From NCBI GenBank assembly GCA_963712745.1, contig CAVQJC010000011.1, forward strand, positions 337,241-401,240: 64,000 bases of DNA, written 5' to 3'. This DNA comes from an uncultured Chloroflexia bacterium (GTDB lineage: Bacteria > Chloroflexota > Limnocylindria > Limnocylindrales > CSP1-4). The position numbers were made by a program, and so were the translations under genes. Shown here one piece after another: positions 38,704-47,736 of this stretch. The notes beneath the pieces were generated by a model. The model saw only the letters and a program-made list of their open reading frames with translations. It was not told the DNA's origin and ran no database searches. The first letter of the stretch is position 1, and each line of letters begins with the position of its first letter.

Positions 38704-40411
38704 AACAGGCCGACCGGGCGTCCCTGCTCGTCGATGTCGACGTTCTCACCGGCAGGACGGCTGGGCAGGCCCGGCATCGTGCGCATGTCGCCCGCGAGCG
38801 GGTAGATGAAGCCCGCGCCCGCGGCCAGCTTGACCTCGCGGATGGGCACCCGGAAGCCGGACGGCCGGCCCAGCAGCGCCGGATCGTGCGACATCGAGAG
38901 GTGGGTCTTGGCCATGCACACCGGCAGGTGGCTGTAGCCCAGCCGGTCGTACTCGGCCAGGGCCTTGGCCGCGGCCGGCGCGAGGTCGATGCCGTCGGCC
39001 CCATAGACCTTCGTGGCGATGGTCTCGATCTTCTCGAGCAGCGGCATCGCGTCGGGGTAGAGCAGCCTGAACTCGGACGGCTCGGACGCCGCCTCCCACA
39101 CCGCCGCGGCCAGCGCTTCTGACCCGGCCCCGCCGTCGGCCCAGTGGGTGGTCACGACCGCATCGCGGGCGCCGGCTGCCAGCGCCACCTCGCGGATGAC
39201 CTCGAACTCCGAGGCGGCGTCACCCGGGAAGGCGTTGATGGCCACCACCACCGGCACGCCGTACTGGCGCACCAGCTCGATCTGGGCGGCGAGGTTCTGG
39301 CCACCCGCGCGCACCGCCTCGGGGTCCTCCGCCAGCAGCGCCGGGTCGAGCGGCTTGCCGGCCACGATGCGACCCACGCCACCGTGCATCTTCAGGGCCC
39401 GCACCGTGGCCACCACCACCGCGGCATCGGGCGCCATGCCCGAGGCGCGGCACTTGATGTCGAAGAACTTCTCTGCCCCCATGTCCGCGCCGAAGCCGGC
39501 CTCGGTGACGACGATGTCGCTGGTCGCCAGGGCGACCCGGTCGGCGAGGATGGAGCTGTTGCCATGGGCGATGTTGGCGAAGGGCCCGGCATGGACGAAG
39601 GCCGGCCCGCCCTCGAGGGTCTGCAGCAGGTTGGGCTTGATGGCATCGAGCAGGAGCACGGTCATGGCCCCGGCCACGCCCAGGTCCTCGGTCGTGACCG
39701 CTTTCCCCGACCGGTCGGTGGCGAGCACGATGCGACCCAGCCGCGCGCGCAGGTCGAAGACGTCGGTGGCGAGGGCCAGGATGGCCATGACCTCGCTGGC
39801 CACGGTGATGACGAACTCGCTCTCGCGCGGCACCCCGTTGACCTTGCCGCCGAGGCCGATGTTGACCTTGCGCAGGGCGCGGTCGCTGATGTCGACCACC
39901 CGCGGCCAGGTGATCGAATAGGGGTCGATGTCGAGCGGATCGCCATGGTGGAGGCTGTTGTCGAGGAAGGCGCTCGCGAGGTTGTGCGCGGCGCCGATGG
40001 CGTGCACGTCACCGGTGAGGTGGAGGTTGAAGTCCTCCATGGGGATGATCTGCGAATAGCCGCCGCCGGCGGCCCCGCCCTTGATGCCGAAGACCGGGCC
40101 CAGCGAGGGCTGGCGGATGGCGACCGCGGCCGTGTGGCCGATGCGGTTGAGACCCTGCACCACACCGACGGTGGTGGTGGTCTTGCCCTCGCCCAGCGGG
40201 GTCGGCGTGATGGCGGTCATGACCACGTACCGGCCGCGCGGGTTCTCGCGCTCGACACGTCTGAGCCCCTCGAGCGTGACCTTGGCCTTGGTCGCGCCGT
40301 AGGGTTCGATCTCATCGGGCCGCAGCCCGAGCTCGGCAGCGATGTCGGTGATGGGCCGGGGGGTGACCGAGCGGGCGATGTCGAGGTCGGTCAGGGCGGT
40401 CATGGATGGTC
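38698..40411. repeat. 1714-bp direct repeat, copy 2 (partner 8839-10552)
   Basis: Matches copy 1 at an offset of 29,859 bp in the same orientation. Confidence 0.92.
38700..40403 (-). CDS. fhs: Formate-tetrahydrofolate ligase (copy 2)
   Basis: Protein identical to 8841-10544. Its stop overlaps the convergent metF stop (CTAG 38700-38703). Confidence 0.97.
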   Translation of the reverse strand: MTALTDLDIARSVTPRPITDIAAELGLRPDEIEPYGATKAKVTLEGLRRVERENPRGRYVVMTAITPTPLGEGKTTTTVGVVQGLNRIGHTAAVAIRQPSLGPVFGIKGGAAGGGYSQIIPMEDFNLHLTGDVHAIGAAHNLASAFLDNSLHHGDPLDIDPYSITWPRVVDISDRALRKVNIGLGGKVNGVPRESEFVITVASEVMAILALATDVFDLRARLGRIVLATDRSGKAVTTEDLGVAGAMTVLLLDAIKPNLLQTLEGGPAFVHAGPFANIAHGNSSILADRVALATSDIVVTEAGFGADMGAEKFFDIKCRASGMAPDAAVVVATVRALKMHGGVGRIVAGKPLDPALLAEDPEAVRAGGQNLAAQIELVRQYGVPVVVAINAFPGDAASEFEVIREVALAAGARDAVVTTHWADGGAGSEALAAAVWEAASEPSEFRLLYPDAMPLLEKIETIATKVYGADGIDLAPAAAKALAEYDRLGYSHLPVCMAKTHLSMSHDPALLGRPSGFRVPIREVKLAAGAGFIYPLAGDMRTMPGLPSRPAGENVDIDEQGRPVGLF

Positions 40412-40427
40412 TCCCGGGTCGGTGTGG

Positions 40428-41321
40428 CTAGCTGGTACGAACGGACGGTGCGCCGACGGCGATGTGGTGGGTGGCCTGGTCTCGCGCTGCGCGCATGAGG
40501 TGGGTCAGGAGGATGGCGCTGGTGAGCGGGCCCACGCCGCCGGGCACGGGCGTGATGGCGGAAGCGACCTGCGAGACCGACTCGAAGTCGACGTCGCCGA
40601 CGAGCCCATCGTCGGTCACGTTGATGCCGACGTCGATGACGACCGCGCCTTCCTTCAGCATCTCGCCGGTGACGAGTCCGGCCCGGCCTGCGGCCACGAC
40701 CACCACGTCCGCCTCTCGCAGGACGGCTCCGAGATCGGGCGTGCGCGAGTGACACATCGTGACCGTGGCGTGCTCACGCAGCAGTAGGAGCGATGCCGGC
40801 TTGCCGATGACGTTTGAGCGGCCGACCACAGCGGCACGCGACCCTGCCAGCTCGATGCCCGAGTGCTTGAGCAGCTCGACCGAGGCGTGTGCGGTGGCCG
40901 GCAGGTAGCCCTCGTAGCCGAGCGCGAGCAGCCCGGCGTTGAGGGGGTGGATGCCGTCGATGTCCTTGCGCGGGTCGAGCGTGTCGAGTACGACGCGTAG
41001 CGGGATGCAATCGGGCAGCGGCTGCTGGACGATGATGCCGGCCACCTCGCGCTCCTGGCCGAGCGCGCCGATGGCGCGAGCCAGCTCCGTCTCGGAGCAG
41101 TCACCTTCGAGCTCCACGAGGCGGCCGGCCAGCCCGACGCGCTCGCAGCCATCGAGGATCTTGCGCAAGTAGACCAGCGACGGGGCATCGGCGCCTGCGA
41201 CGACGATGGCGAGCTCCGGCGCGTAGCCGAACTCCGCCTTGAACGCGACCACGTCAGCGGCCACGGTCTCGCGGATCTCAGCCGCGATGGGACCTCCCTT
41301 GAGCAGCTCGGCGGCCATCAA
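40428..41321 (-). CDS. folD: Methylene-THF dehydrogenase/cyclohydrolase
   Basis: GIIVQQPLP, KDIDG, GRSNVIGKP, IDVGIN and TPVPGGVGP. Confidence 0.95.
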   Translation of the reverse strand: MMAAELLKGGPIAAEIRETVAADVVAFKAEFGYAPELAIVVAGADAPSLVYLRKILDGCERVGLAGRLVELEGDCSETELARAIGALGQEREVAGIIVQQPLPDCIPLRVVLDTLDPRKDIDGIHPLNAGLLALGYEGYLPATAHASVELLKHSGIELAGSRAAVVGRSNVIGKPASLLLLREHATVTMCHSRTPDLGAVLREADVVVVAAGRAGLVTGEMLKEGAVVIDVGINVTDDGLVGDVDFESVSQVASAITPVPGGVGPLTSAILLTHLMRAARDQATHHIAVGAPSVRTS

Positions 41322-41345
41322 CGCTCCTCCCTGTGGACCTTCAGG

Positions 41346-42383
41346 CTACGCGAATCTGCCCGCGCGGAAGGCCTCGATGAACTGCATACCGAAGGCGTCC
41401 TCGCCAGTGAGCATGGCCTTGGCCAGCGTATAGGCCTCCGAATCGCGATCGGGGTCCAGGGCCGCCTGCACGTCGGCGACCGGGTCGATGATGCCGCTGT
41501 CCTGGCCGGCCTGGACGCAGAGGTCGAGGAAGACGTCGCTGATGATGCGGCGGGCCGGCAGGCCGAAGCTGATGTTGCTGACGCCGCCGGTGATGTGGAT
41601 CTCTTCGCCGAAGCGCTCGCGGATGGTGCTCACCGCGTCCAGGTAGGCCTGCCCGGCCAGGGGGTCCACGCCGATGGGGATGACCAGCGGGTCGACGTAG
41701 AGGGAGTCGGCCGGCAGCCCCATCTCGTAGGCCAGGCCGATGATCTCCTCGGCCCGTTCGATGCGGTCCTGGGTCCCTGACGGCATCGATCGGCCGGTGC
41801 ACGAGAGCACGACCGGCGTGCCCCGTTCCTTGACCAGGTCCAGCACCTCCGGGCGCTCGACATTGGCGGAGTTGACCATGGGCGTGGCGCCGCCGGCCCA
41901 GGCCGGGTCGATGGCCTCGAGGCCCGCCTTGAGCACCGCGGCGTCGGACGAGTCGATGGAGAGTGGGACCGACGAAGCCGGTCCTACGGCTGCCACGAGC
42001 CACTTCATGGCGTCGAGCCGGCCGACGACCTCCGGGCTGATCTCGTCCACGTTGAGGTCCAGATAGTGGGCTCCGCCGGCGATCTGCCGCTCCGCCATCC
42101 AGGCCACGTAGCGCGCGGCCACGTCGGCGTCCGGGCCACCGGCCAGGCCATCGCGGACCGCGGCCATCACATGCTTGATGCGGTCGCTGGTGGTGAACTC
42201 CTTGGACTCGAGGATCGACTCCGGCAGCGGCACCCAGGACTCGCCGTCACCGTCGGGGAAGCGCACGCCGGGGCGGCCGTCGGGCGCCACGCCGCCGCGG
42301 ATGCCTTCGCGCTTGACGACTCGGCTGCAGTGGATGTTCTCGCCGATGATGATGAAGTCCTGGGCGCCCACGGCGTCGGTCAC
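41346..42383 (-). CDS. Pterin-binding methylcorrinoid:THF methyltransferase (AcsE/MT2-like)
   Basis: IIGENIH, YLDLNVD, LSIDSS, VNS, YVDP and GGVSNISFGLP. Confidence 0.85.
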   Translation of the reverse strand: MTDAVGAQDFIIIGENIHCSRVVKREGIRGGVAPDGRPGVRFPDGDGESWVPLPESILESKEFTTSDRIKHVMAAVRDGLAGGPDADVAARYVAWMAERQIAGGAHYLDLNVDEISPEVVGRLDAMKWLVAAVGPASSVPLSIDSSDAAVLKAGLEAIDPAWAGGATPMVNSANVERPEVLDLVKERGTPVVLSCTGRSMPSGTQDRIERAEEIIGLAYEMGLPADSLYVDPLVIPIGVDPLAGQAYLDAVSTIRERFGEEIHITGGVSNISFGLPARRIISDVFLDLCVQAGQDSGIIDPVADVQAALDPDRDSEAYTLAKAMLTGEDAFGMQFIEAFRAGRFA

Positions 42384-43876
42384 GAGTCGTCTCCTTCGGT
42401 GCTGGCGGTGGAACGGCCGTAGTGGTCGCGGCCGAGGAACGTGTTGGCCCAGGCGCTTGTGCCGCGAAGGGCGTTGTCCTGGAGTACGGGCTCGCGTTCC
42501 AGCATGGTCTCAGCCTCGCCGTAGGGGCGGAGGCGATCGTAGGCGACGGCCCAGACACAGGGTTTGCCGGGCACCTCGCACTCTCCCTCGAGCGACCCGC
42601 CACAGGGGCCGTTGCGCTGGTTCTTGGCACAGGCGCCTTCGGGACACTGGTAGGCGATGTCCGGGAGCGAGCAGTCGCCGCAGTCCTGGCAGTCGAACAT
42701 GGGGATCTTGACGGCCTGCTCGAAGACGTGAGCCGGCCACATCAGGTGGGCTGACTCGAGGCGTTCGTAGGCACCACGGGCCACGGAGAACCCACGCGAT
42801 CCGGGGTCGAAGGCGAGGTCGTGGACGAGCCGGTTGAAGCGGTACTTGAGCGGTACCCGCTTGGTCCTGGTCGGCTTGGTGGGCTGACCCGAGGCCAGCT
42901 GCGGAACGTCGCCCTGCTCGTAGAGCCGATACGGTGCCGGCTCGGGGAAGTGGATGTCCGGGAGCAGGGCCTGCCACTCGGACCGGTAGTCGTTAGCCAT
43001 GCTCAGGACCTTGTCGATCTCGGCCACGTTGCGCTGGCCGGCGATGTAGGCACCGGCGAAGCCCAGGCCACGCACGACCGCGACCTGCTTAGCCGCGAAT
43101 TCGAGGAATGCGGCACGGCCCTTGTCGTCCGCGGCCGCCCGCTCATCGGCCCAGGCCTTGAGTTCGTCACTAAGGCGGATGCCGGGCACGCCGTTGGTGT
43201 TGAAGACCCGCGCCACGCCCTTGCTCAGGATGTAGACCGAGGCCATCAGCGGGACCGGCCTCGGCTGGCTCGTGTTCCAATGCAACAGCTCCGACCAGCT
43301 GCGCGTGTCGTAGCCGACTTGCGCGATGGCCAGGTCCGCCCCGGAGCGGACCTTGAGCGCCAGCTTGAGGTACTGCGGCACGAGGTCCGCTTCGACGGCC
43401 TTGAAGGGATTGACCGCGCAGCCGACGGTGAAGCGAGGCCCGGACTTAGAGGCCTCGCGCATCATCGAGATGAGCCCCACCGAGTCGATATCGAAGACCG
43501 CGCGCGAGCGCCCCTTGAAGCCCTCCCTGGGGTAGTCGCCGCTGAGCGCCAGGGCGTTGGTCAGGCCCGAGCTGGCCAGTCCGTAGACGGTCGACTGCAG
43601 GGCAGCCCGGCTGCGGTCGCGACAGGCCAGGTGGACGACGCACTCGCCACCCATCTGCTGGATGGCCTGGCCCAGGGTGAGTGGGCCCAGGCGCACGAAG
43701 CCGCCGGCATTGTCGGTCACGGTCAGGGCCGTGATGCGGGGATCGGCGGACAGCTCGCGGGCGGTCTCGCGGTGGCGCTCACCGGCCTCGTCCTGGAGCG
43801 GGCCGGCCCAGGGCACCAGCTCCACGAGCGTGGTGCTGCCATCGTTGCGCGCGAGGGAGTCTGCGAAGGCGGTCAT
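42380..43876 (-). CDS. metF: Methylene-THF reductase MetF with fused MetV-like domain (paralog 2)
   Basis: Same architecture as 37075-38703 (TDNAGG, HLACRDR, SGDYP, CQDCGDC..KNQRNGPCGG). Probable start ATG 43876. Confidence 0.88.
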   Translation of the reverse strand: MTAFADSLARNDGSTTLVELVPWAGPLQDEAGERHRETARELSADPRITALTVTDNAGGFVRLGPLTLGQAIQQMGGECVVHLACRDRSRAALQSTVYGLASSGLTNALALSGDYPREGFKGRSRAVFDIDSVGLISMMREASKSGPRFTVGCAVNPFKAVEADLVPQYLKLALKVRSGADLAIAQVGYDTRSWSELLHWNTSQPRPVPLMASVYILSKGVARVFNTNGVPGIRLSDELKAWADERAAADDKGRAAFLEFAAKQVAVVRGLGFAGAYIAGQRNVAEIDKVLSMANDYRSEWQALLPDIHFPEPAPYRLYEQGDVPQLASGQPTKPTRTKRVPLKYRFNRLVHDLAFDPGSRGFSVARGAYERLESAHLMWPAHVFEQAVKIPMFDCQDCGDCSLPDIAYQCPEGACAKNQRNGPCGGSLEGECEVPGKPCVWAVAYDRLRPYGEAETMLEREPVLQDNALRGTSAWANTFLGRDHYGRSTASTEGDDS

Positions 43877-43915
43877 CGGTCCTGCGTCCTGTGGGAGCTG
43901 CACGGCTCGGGGCTG

Positions 43916-43952
43916 ACGGTACACCCTGAGGCTCCCACGTCAACCGGTTGAC
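43916..43952 (-). promoter_or_regulatory. LacI-type operator GTCAACCGGTTGAC (43939-43952) over a sigma70-like promoter for metF-MT-folD-fhs
   Basis: Perfect 14-bp palindrome; the minus strand reads TTGACG-16 nt-TACCGT. Confidence 0.8.
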
Positions 43953-44039
43953 CAACAGGTCCGAAAGGCCCGCTCCATGCCCCCGAACGGACAGGTGCGG
44001 CCCTGCAGACCGCCTTCACGACCTCACGAGAAAGCGCAC

Positions 44040-45297
44040 CTAGCGATACTCGTCGACGGCCTCGAACATGGCCTCGATGTTCTCCGGCGGGATGTCCGGC
44101 AGCATGTTGTGGGCGGTGGCGAAGACGAAGCCGCCGCCTGGCGCGAAGGTCTCGATGTTGCGCCGGACGTGCTCGCGGACCTCCTCTGGTGTGCCCTTGG
44201 GCAGGACCCTGCGGGTGTCCGCGCCGCCGCCCCAGAAGGTGATCTCCGCGCCGAACTCCGCCTTGAGCCGCTCCGGCTCCATGTTCGCTGCCGAGATCTG
44301 GACCGGGTTGAGGATGTCGACGCCCGTCTCGATGATGTCCGGCAGCAGGTCATACAGCGAGCCGCACGAATGCAGGAACGTCTTCATCGAGCTGCGCTCG
44401 TGGACATAGGCGTTGAGCGCTGCGTGCCGCGGCTTGAAGATGGTCCGGTAGGTGTCGGGCGACATCAGCGGGCCGTTGTCCATGCCCAGGTCGTCGCCGA
44501 AGCGGACGATGTCGACGATGTCGCCGACCGACTCGATGACGTGGTCGAGCGTGGCGAAGTGGAGCTCCAGCAGCGCGTCGAGCAGGCGCTCGACGTTGGC
44601 CTGGTCGACGACGAGGTCCATGAGGAAGTTGTCGATGCGCCGCAGGAAGGTGCCCCACTCGAAGAGGTTGCAGCCGACCACCACCATGAGCGCGCGATCG
44701 GTCGACGCTCGCAGCGCCAGCGTCTGCCTGCGCAGTGTCCCCCAGAAGCCGTCGTCGCCGGCGTGGTCCCAGGGGCTGTGCACGAGGCCTGACCAGAGCA
44801 CCAGCGGCATGACCTCAGCAAGGCTGGAGAGGTCGTCCGGGTAGCCGTCCACATAGGGGAAGTAGGTCTGATCGAAGAAGGCCGCACCACGTGGCATCGA
44901 CGCGATGCGCAGGCCGTCAGCGGTGAAGGCGTCGAGGGCGCCGTTCTCCTGTCGGACCGGGTCGAACCAGGCCGGGTATCTCGGTCTCGATACCGCTGGG
45001 CAGCGTCAGCGGCTTCCAGTCGGCGTCGCTGGTGTCGAAGGTCCGTCCGATGTCCATCACGTCGATGCGCAGCCGGTCGAGCAGTTCGTCAGACGGCTGA
45101 GCCAGCTGCTGGACCACGTCGTACACCCGTGTGTGCTGGTCGGCCAGGCCCAGGTGCCGCACGAAGTTGGCGTGAGCGACCGCGGAGATGCCCGAGCTCG
45201 GAGTCGAACCCAGGTCCACCGGCAATCGGTCTGGCTCCCGGTGTTCGATACTCGCGAGGACTCGCTGGCGCGGTGTCATCGGATCGATGGTTGACAC
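44040..45297 (-). CDS. UroD/MtaA-family methyltransferase, with a +1 frameshift at ~44979
   Basis: MTPRQRVLASIEHREPDRLPVD, GDDLG, FLHSCG, LNPVQ and GGGFVFATAHN. SD GGGAGG precedes GTG 45297. Confidence 0.85.
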
Positions 45298-45544
45298 GGA
45301 CGACCTCCCTGCTCGATATGGCTGCCAGTATCGTTCGTATCCCGTTCGAGGACAGTGCGGAGGGCCACGGAGGGCGAGCTCATGACCACCGCCGTCACTC
45401 GCCCGGCCGCACGCGACCCTCGCTTCGGACTGGTCGAGCCTGCCGAGGTGGACGGGGGCCGCCAGCGCGTGCCACAGCGGCCGCGCCATCTCCGATCTGC
45501 GATGAGCGTCGATCTCTTCGAGCGTGTCCGCCTGGGGCGGGCCC

Positions 45545-45853
45545 CGCGGCGAACCCGACCCCGGACGCGAGGTTCCCCTATGCCCCCGCACCGCCGGCCC
45601 TGCTGGAGCGGGCGCTCGCCATCAAGGCCATCCGTGTTCGCCACGGCGTGCCCCTTCGTGCGGCGGCGCTCCGGTTCGTTCTAGGCCACCCGCTGGTGGT
45701 CTCGGTGACAGCCGGCGTGCGCTCCATCGCGCACCTCGACGATGCCTTGGCCAACCTGCGCCACCCCATCCGGCCACGCTCTGGGACGAGTTGCGTGATG
45801 AGGGTCCGCTGCCGGACGGCGTGCCGACCCCGGGGAGCCGGCCACAGCCCTGA
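45545..45853 (+). pseudogene. Aldo/keto reductase C-terminal remnant
   Basis: YAPAPPALLERA..HGVPLRAAALRF..HP.VVSV..GVRS, then LWDELR..G.LP in another frame. No recognisable catalytic N-terminal part. Confidence 0.6.
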
Positions 45854-45878
45854 CCGACCCCAGCCCTGGAGGGCGTGG

Positions 45879-47068
45879 CTACGCCTCCGGCAGGTCCAGC
45901 GGGTACTGTCCGAACTCGCGCACGAGCTTGACGATGAGGTCGTAGGTCTGGCCCGAGACGTCGCTCGAGACCGAGTGGTCCGACATGAAGACGTAGCCGC
46001 CGCCGTAGGCGGCGCGGAGCCGGTGCAGCACCTCGCGACGGATCTCGTCAGCGTCGCCGCGTTCCCACACGCGCATGTCGCTGTTGCCGCAGAACGTGAG
46101 CCGGTGGCCCAGGCGTTCCCGCAGCTCGACCACGTCCAGGTCGGCCTTGGCCTCGAGCGGGTTGTAGCCGTCGAGCCCGATCTCGATCATGTCCTCGAGG
46201 TAGCTGTTGGCGTTGCCGCAGCCGTGGAAGATGACCGGCAGGCCGTGCGAGTGGGACAGCTCGATAATGCGTGCGATGGTGGGCTTGTAGTACTTGCGCC
46301 AGTAGGTCGGGCCCATGAACAGGCCCTTCTTGTAGGCCGCATCGCCCCAGATGACCATGCCGTCAAGGAGTCCTCCGGCGGCCTCGATCTGGGCCTTGGC
46401 CACCTCGTAGCTGAACTCGCCGATGCGCAGCAGCTGCTCCCCGAAGCGTTCGGGATACTCGCCGATCCAGGTCAGCGTGTTGAGCTGGCCGAGCAGGCGG
46501 GTAGTGATCTCAGAGGCCTCGGTGATGCTGCCGTAGACGGGGAAGTCGGCATGCAGCGAGCGGACCGTCTCTACCCACGGCGGGCTGTTGCGCTCGAAGC
46601 CGTCACCCACGCCAGCGATCTGGTTGTCGCCGGCCTCGAAGTAGCGCCGGCGATCCGCACGGGTCGTCGAACTCGAACGCCTCCATCTTCTCGATGGTCT
46701 CGGTGTCCCAGCTGATCTGCTCCGGCATGGGCAGGTCGAATCGCTTGCGGATGGTCGTCTCGAAGCCGGTTCGGACCACGACCTCCTCGTCGTCCTCCTT
46801 GACCGTCTCGAAGGCTCGGATGTGAGGGTCCATGTTGGGGACGGTGACGATGAAGTCGAGGTCGTAGTGGCGATGCGGGTCCGCGTCCTCGGGCAGGCCC
46901 AACTCCTGACGCCAGCGCCTGACGAAGCGAGCCCCAGAAGAAGTCGCTGATAGGGACCCGGTCGGCCTCCTCGTGGGCGAAGGTCTTGCGCATCCGCTCC
47001 AGCTTGGCCAGGGCGCCAGGTGTGCGCTCGATGCTGCCGGACGAGCCGACGGTGCCGAAGAAGCTCAT
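45879..47068 (-). CDS. UroD/MtaA-family methyltransferase, with +1 frameshifts at ~46927 and ~46659
   Basis: Three consecutive ORF fragments: HEEADRVPISDFFWG, WGD, IFHGCG, YNPLE and GGGYVFMSDHS. Confidence 0.82.
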
Positions 47069-47086
47069 CGTTTCATCTCCCTGCGG

Positions 47087-47719
47087 CTAGGCCGCGCCGA
47101 TCAGTGAACGCGCGACGTCGACGGCCGCGCCCGCGTCCTCGGCGAAACCGTCGGCTCCTACTTCATCCGCGAACTCGGCGCTCACCGGAGCGCCGCCCAC
47201 GAGCACCTTCGTGTTGACGCCCGTGGCCTTCACCGCGGCCACGGCCTTCCTCATGTGCGGGACCGTGGTGGTCAACAGGGCGGACATGCCCACGATGTCC
47301 GGCTGATGCACCTTCGCGGCCTCCGCGAACGCGGCCGGGGAGACGTTGACGCCGAGGTCGATGACCTCGAAGTTCGCACCGCGCCACATCATGCCCACCA
47401 GGTTCTTGCCGATGTCGTGGAGATCACCCTCCACGGTGCCGATGACCGCGCTGTGCGGCGCCTTGACACCGCTTTCGGCGATGAGGGGCTCGAGGATGGC
47501 CAGGGAGGCCTTCATGGCGTTGGCCGCGATGAGCATCTCTGGCACGAAGATCTCGTCTCGCTGGAACCGCTCGCCGATGACAGCCATGCCCGGCACCAAA
47601 CGCCCCTCGACGATCGAGCTGGCATCCTCGCCGTCGTCGAGGCACTGCCGCGTCAGCTCGGTCGCTGCCGCCTTGTCACCATCGATGATGGCTTGGGTCA
47701 ATGGGTGCATCTCAGCCAA
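47087..47719 (-). CDS. Corrinoid (B12-binding) protein of a methyltransferase system
   Basis: Cap domain FVPEML, GDLHDIGKNLV, SALLTTT and VLVGGAP. TTG 47719 follows GGAGG. Confidence 0.93.
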   Translation of the reverse strand: MAEMHPLTQAIIDGDKAAATELTRQCLDDGEDASSIVEGRLVPGMAVIGERFQRDEIFVPEMLIAANAMKASLAILEPLIAESGVKAPHSAVIGTVEGDLHDIGKNLVGMMWRGANFEVIDLGVNVSPAAFAEAAKVHQPDIVGMSALLTTTVPHMRKAVAAVKATGVNTKVLVGGAPVSAEFADEVGADGFAEDAGAAVDVARSLIGAA

Positions 47720-47736
47720 GTCCGGACCTCCTCCCG

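Noticed and set aside
8839-40411. Composite transposon or ICE
   Set aside because: The repeats are fhs itself. No transposase, integrase, terminal inverted repeats or target duplication were seen.
44040-47068. UroD-family genes as haem-pathway hemE
   Set aside because: They carry HxC metal motifs, sit with corrinoid genes, and have no tetrapyrrole biosynthesis context.
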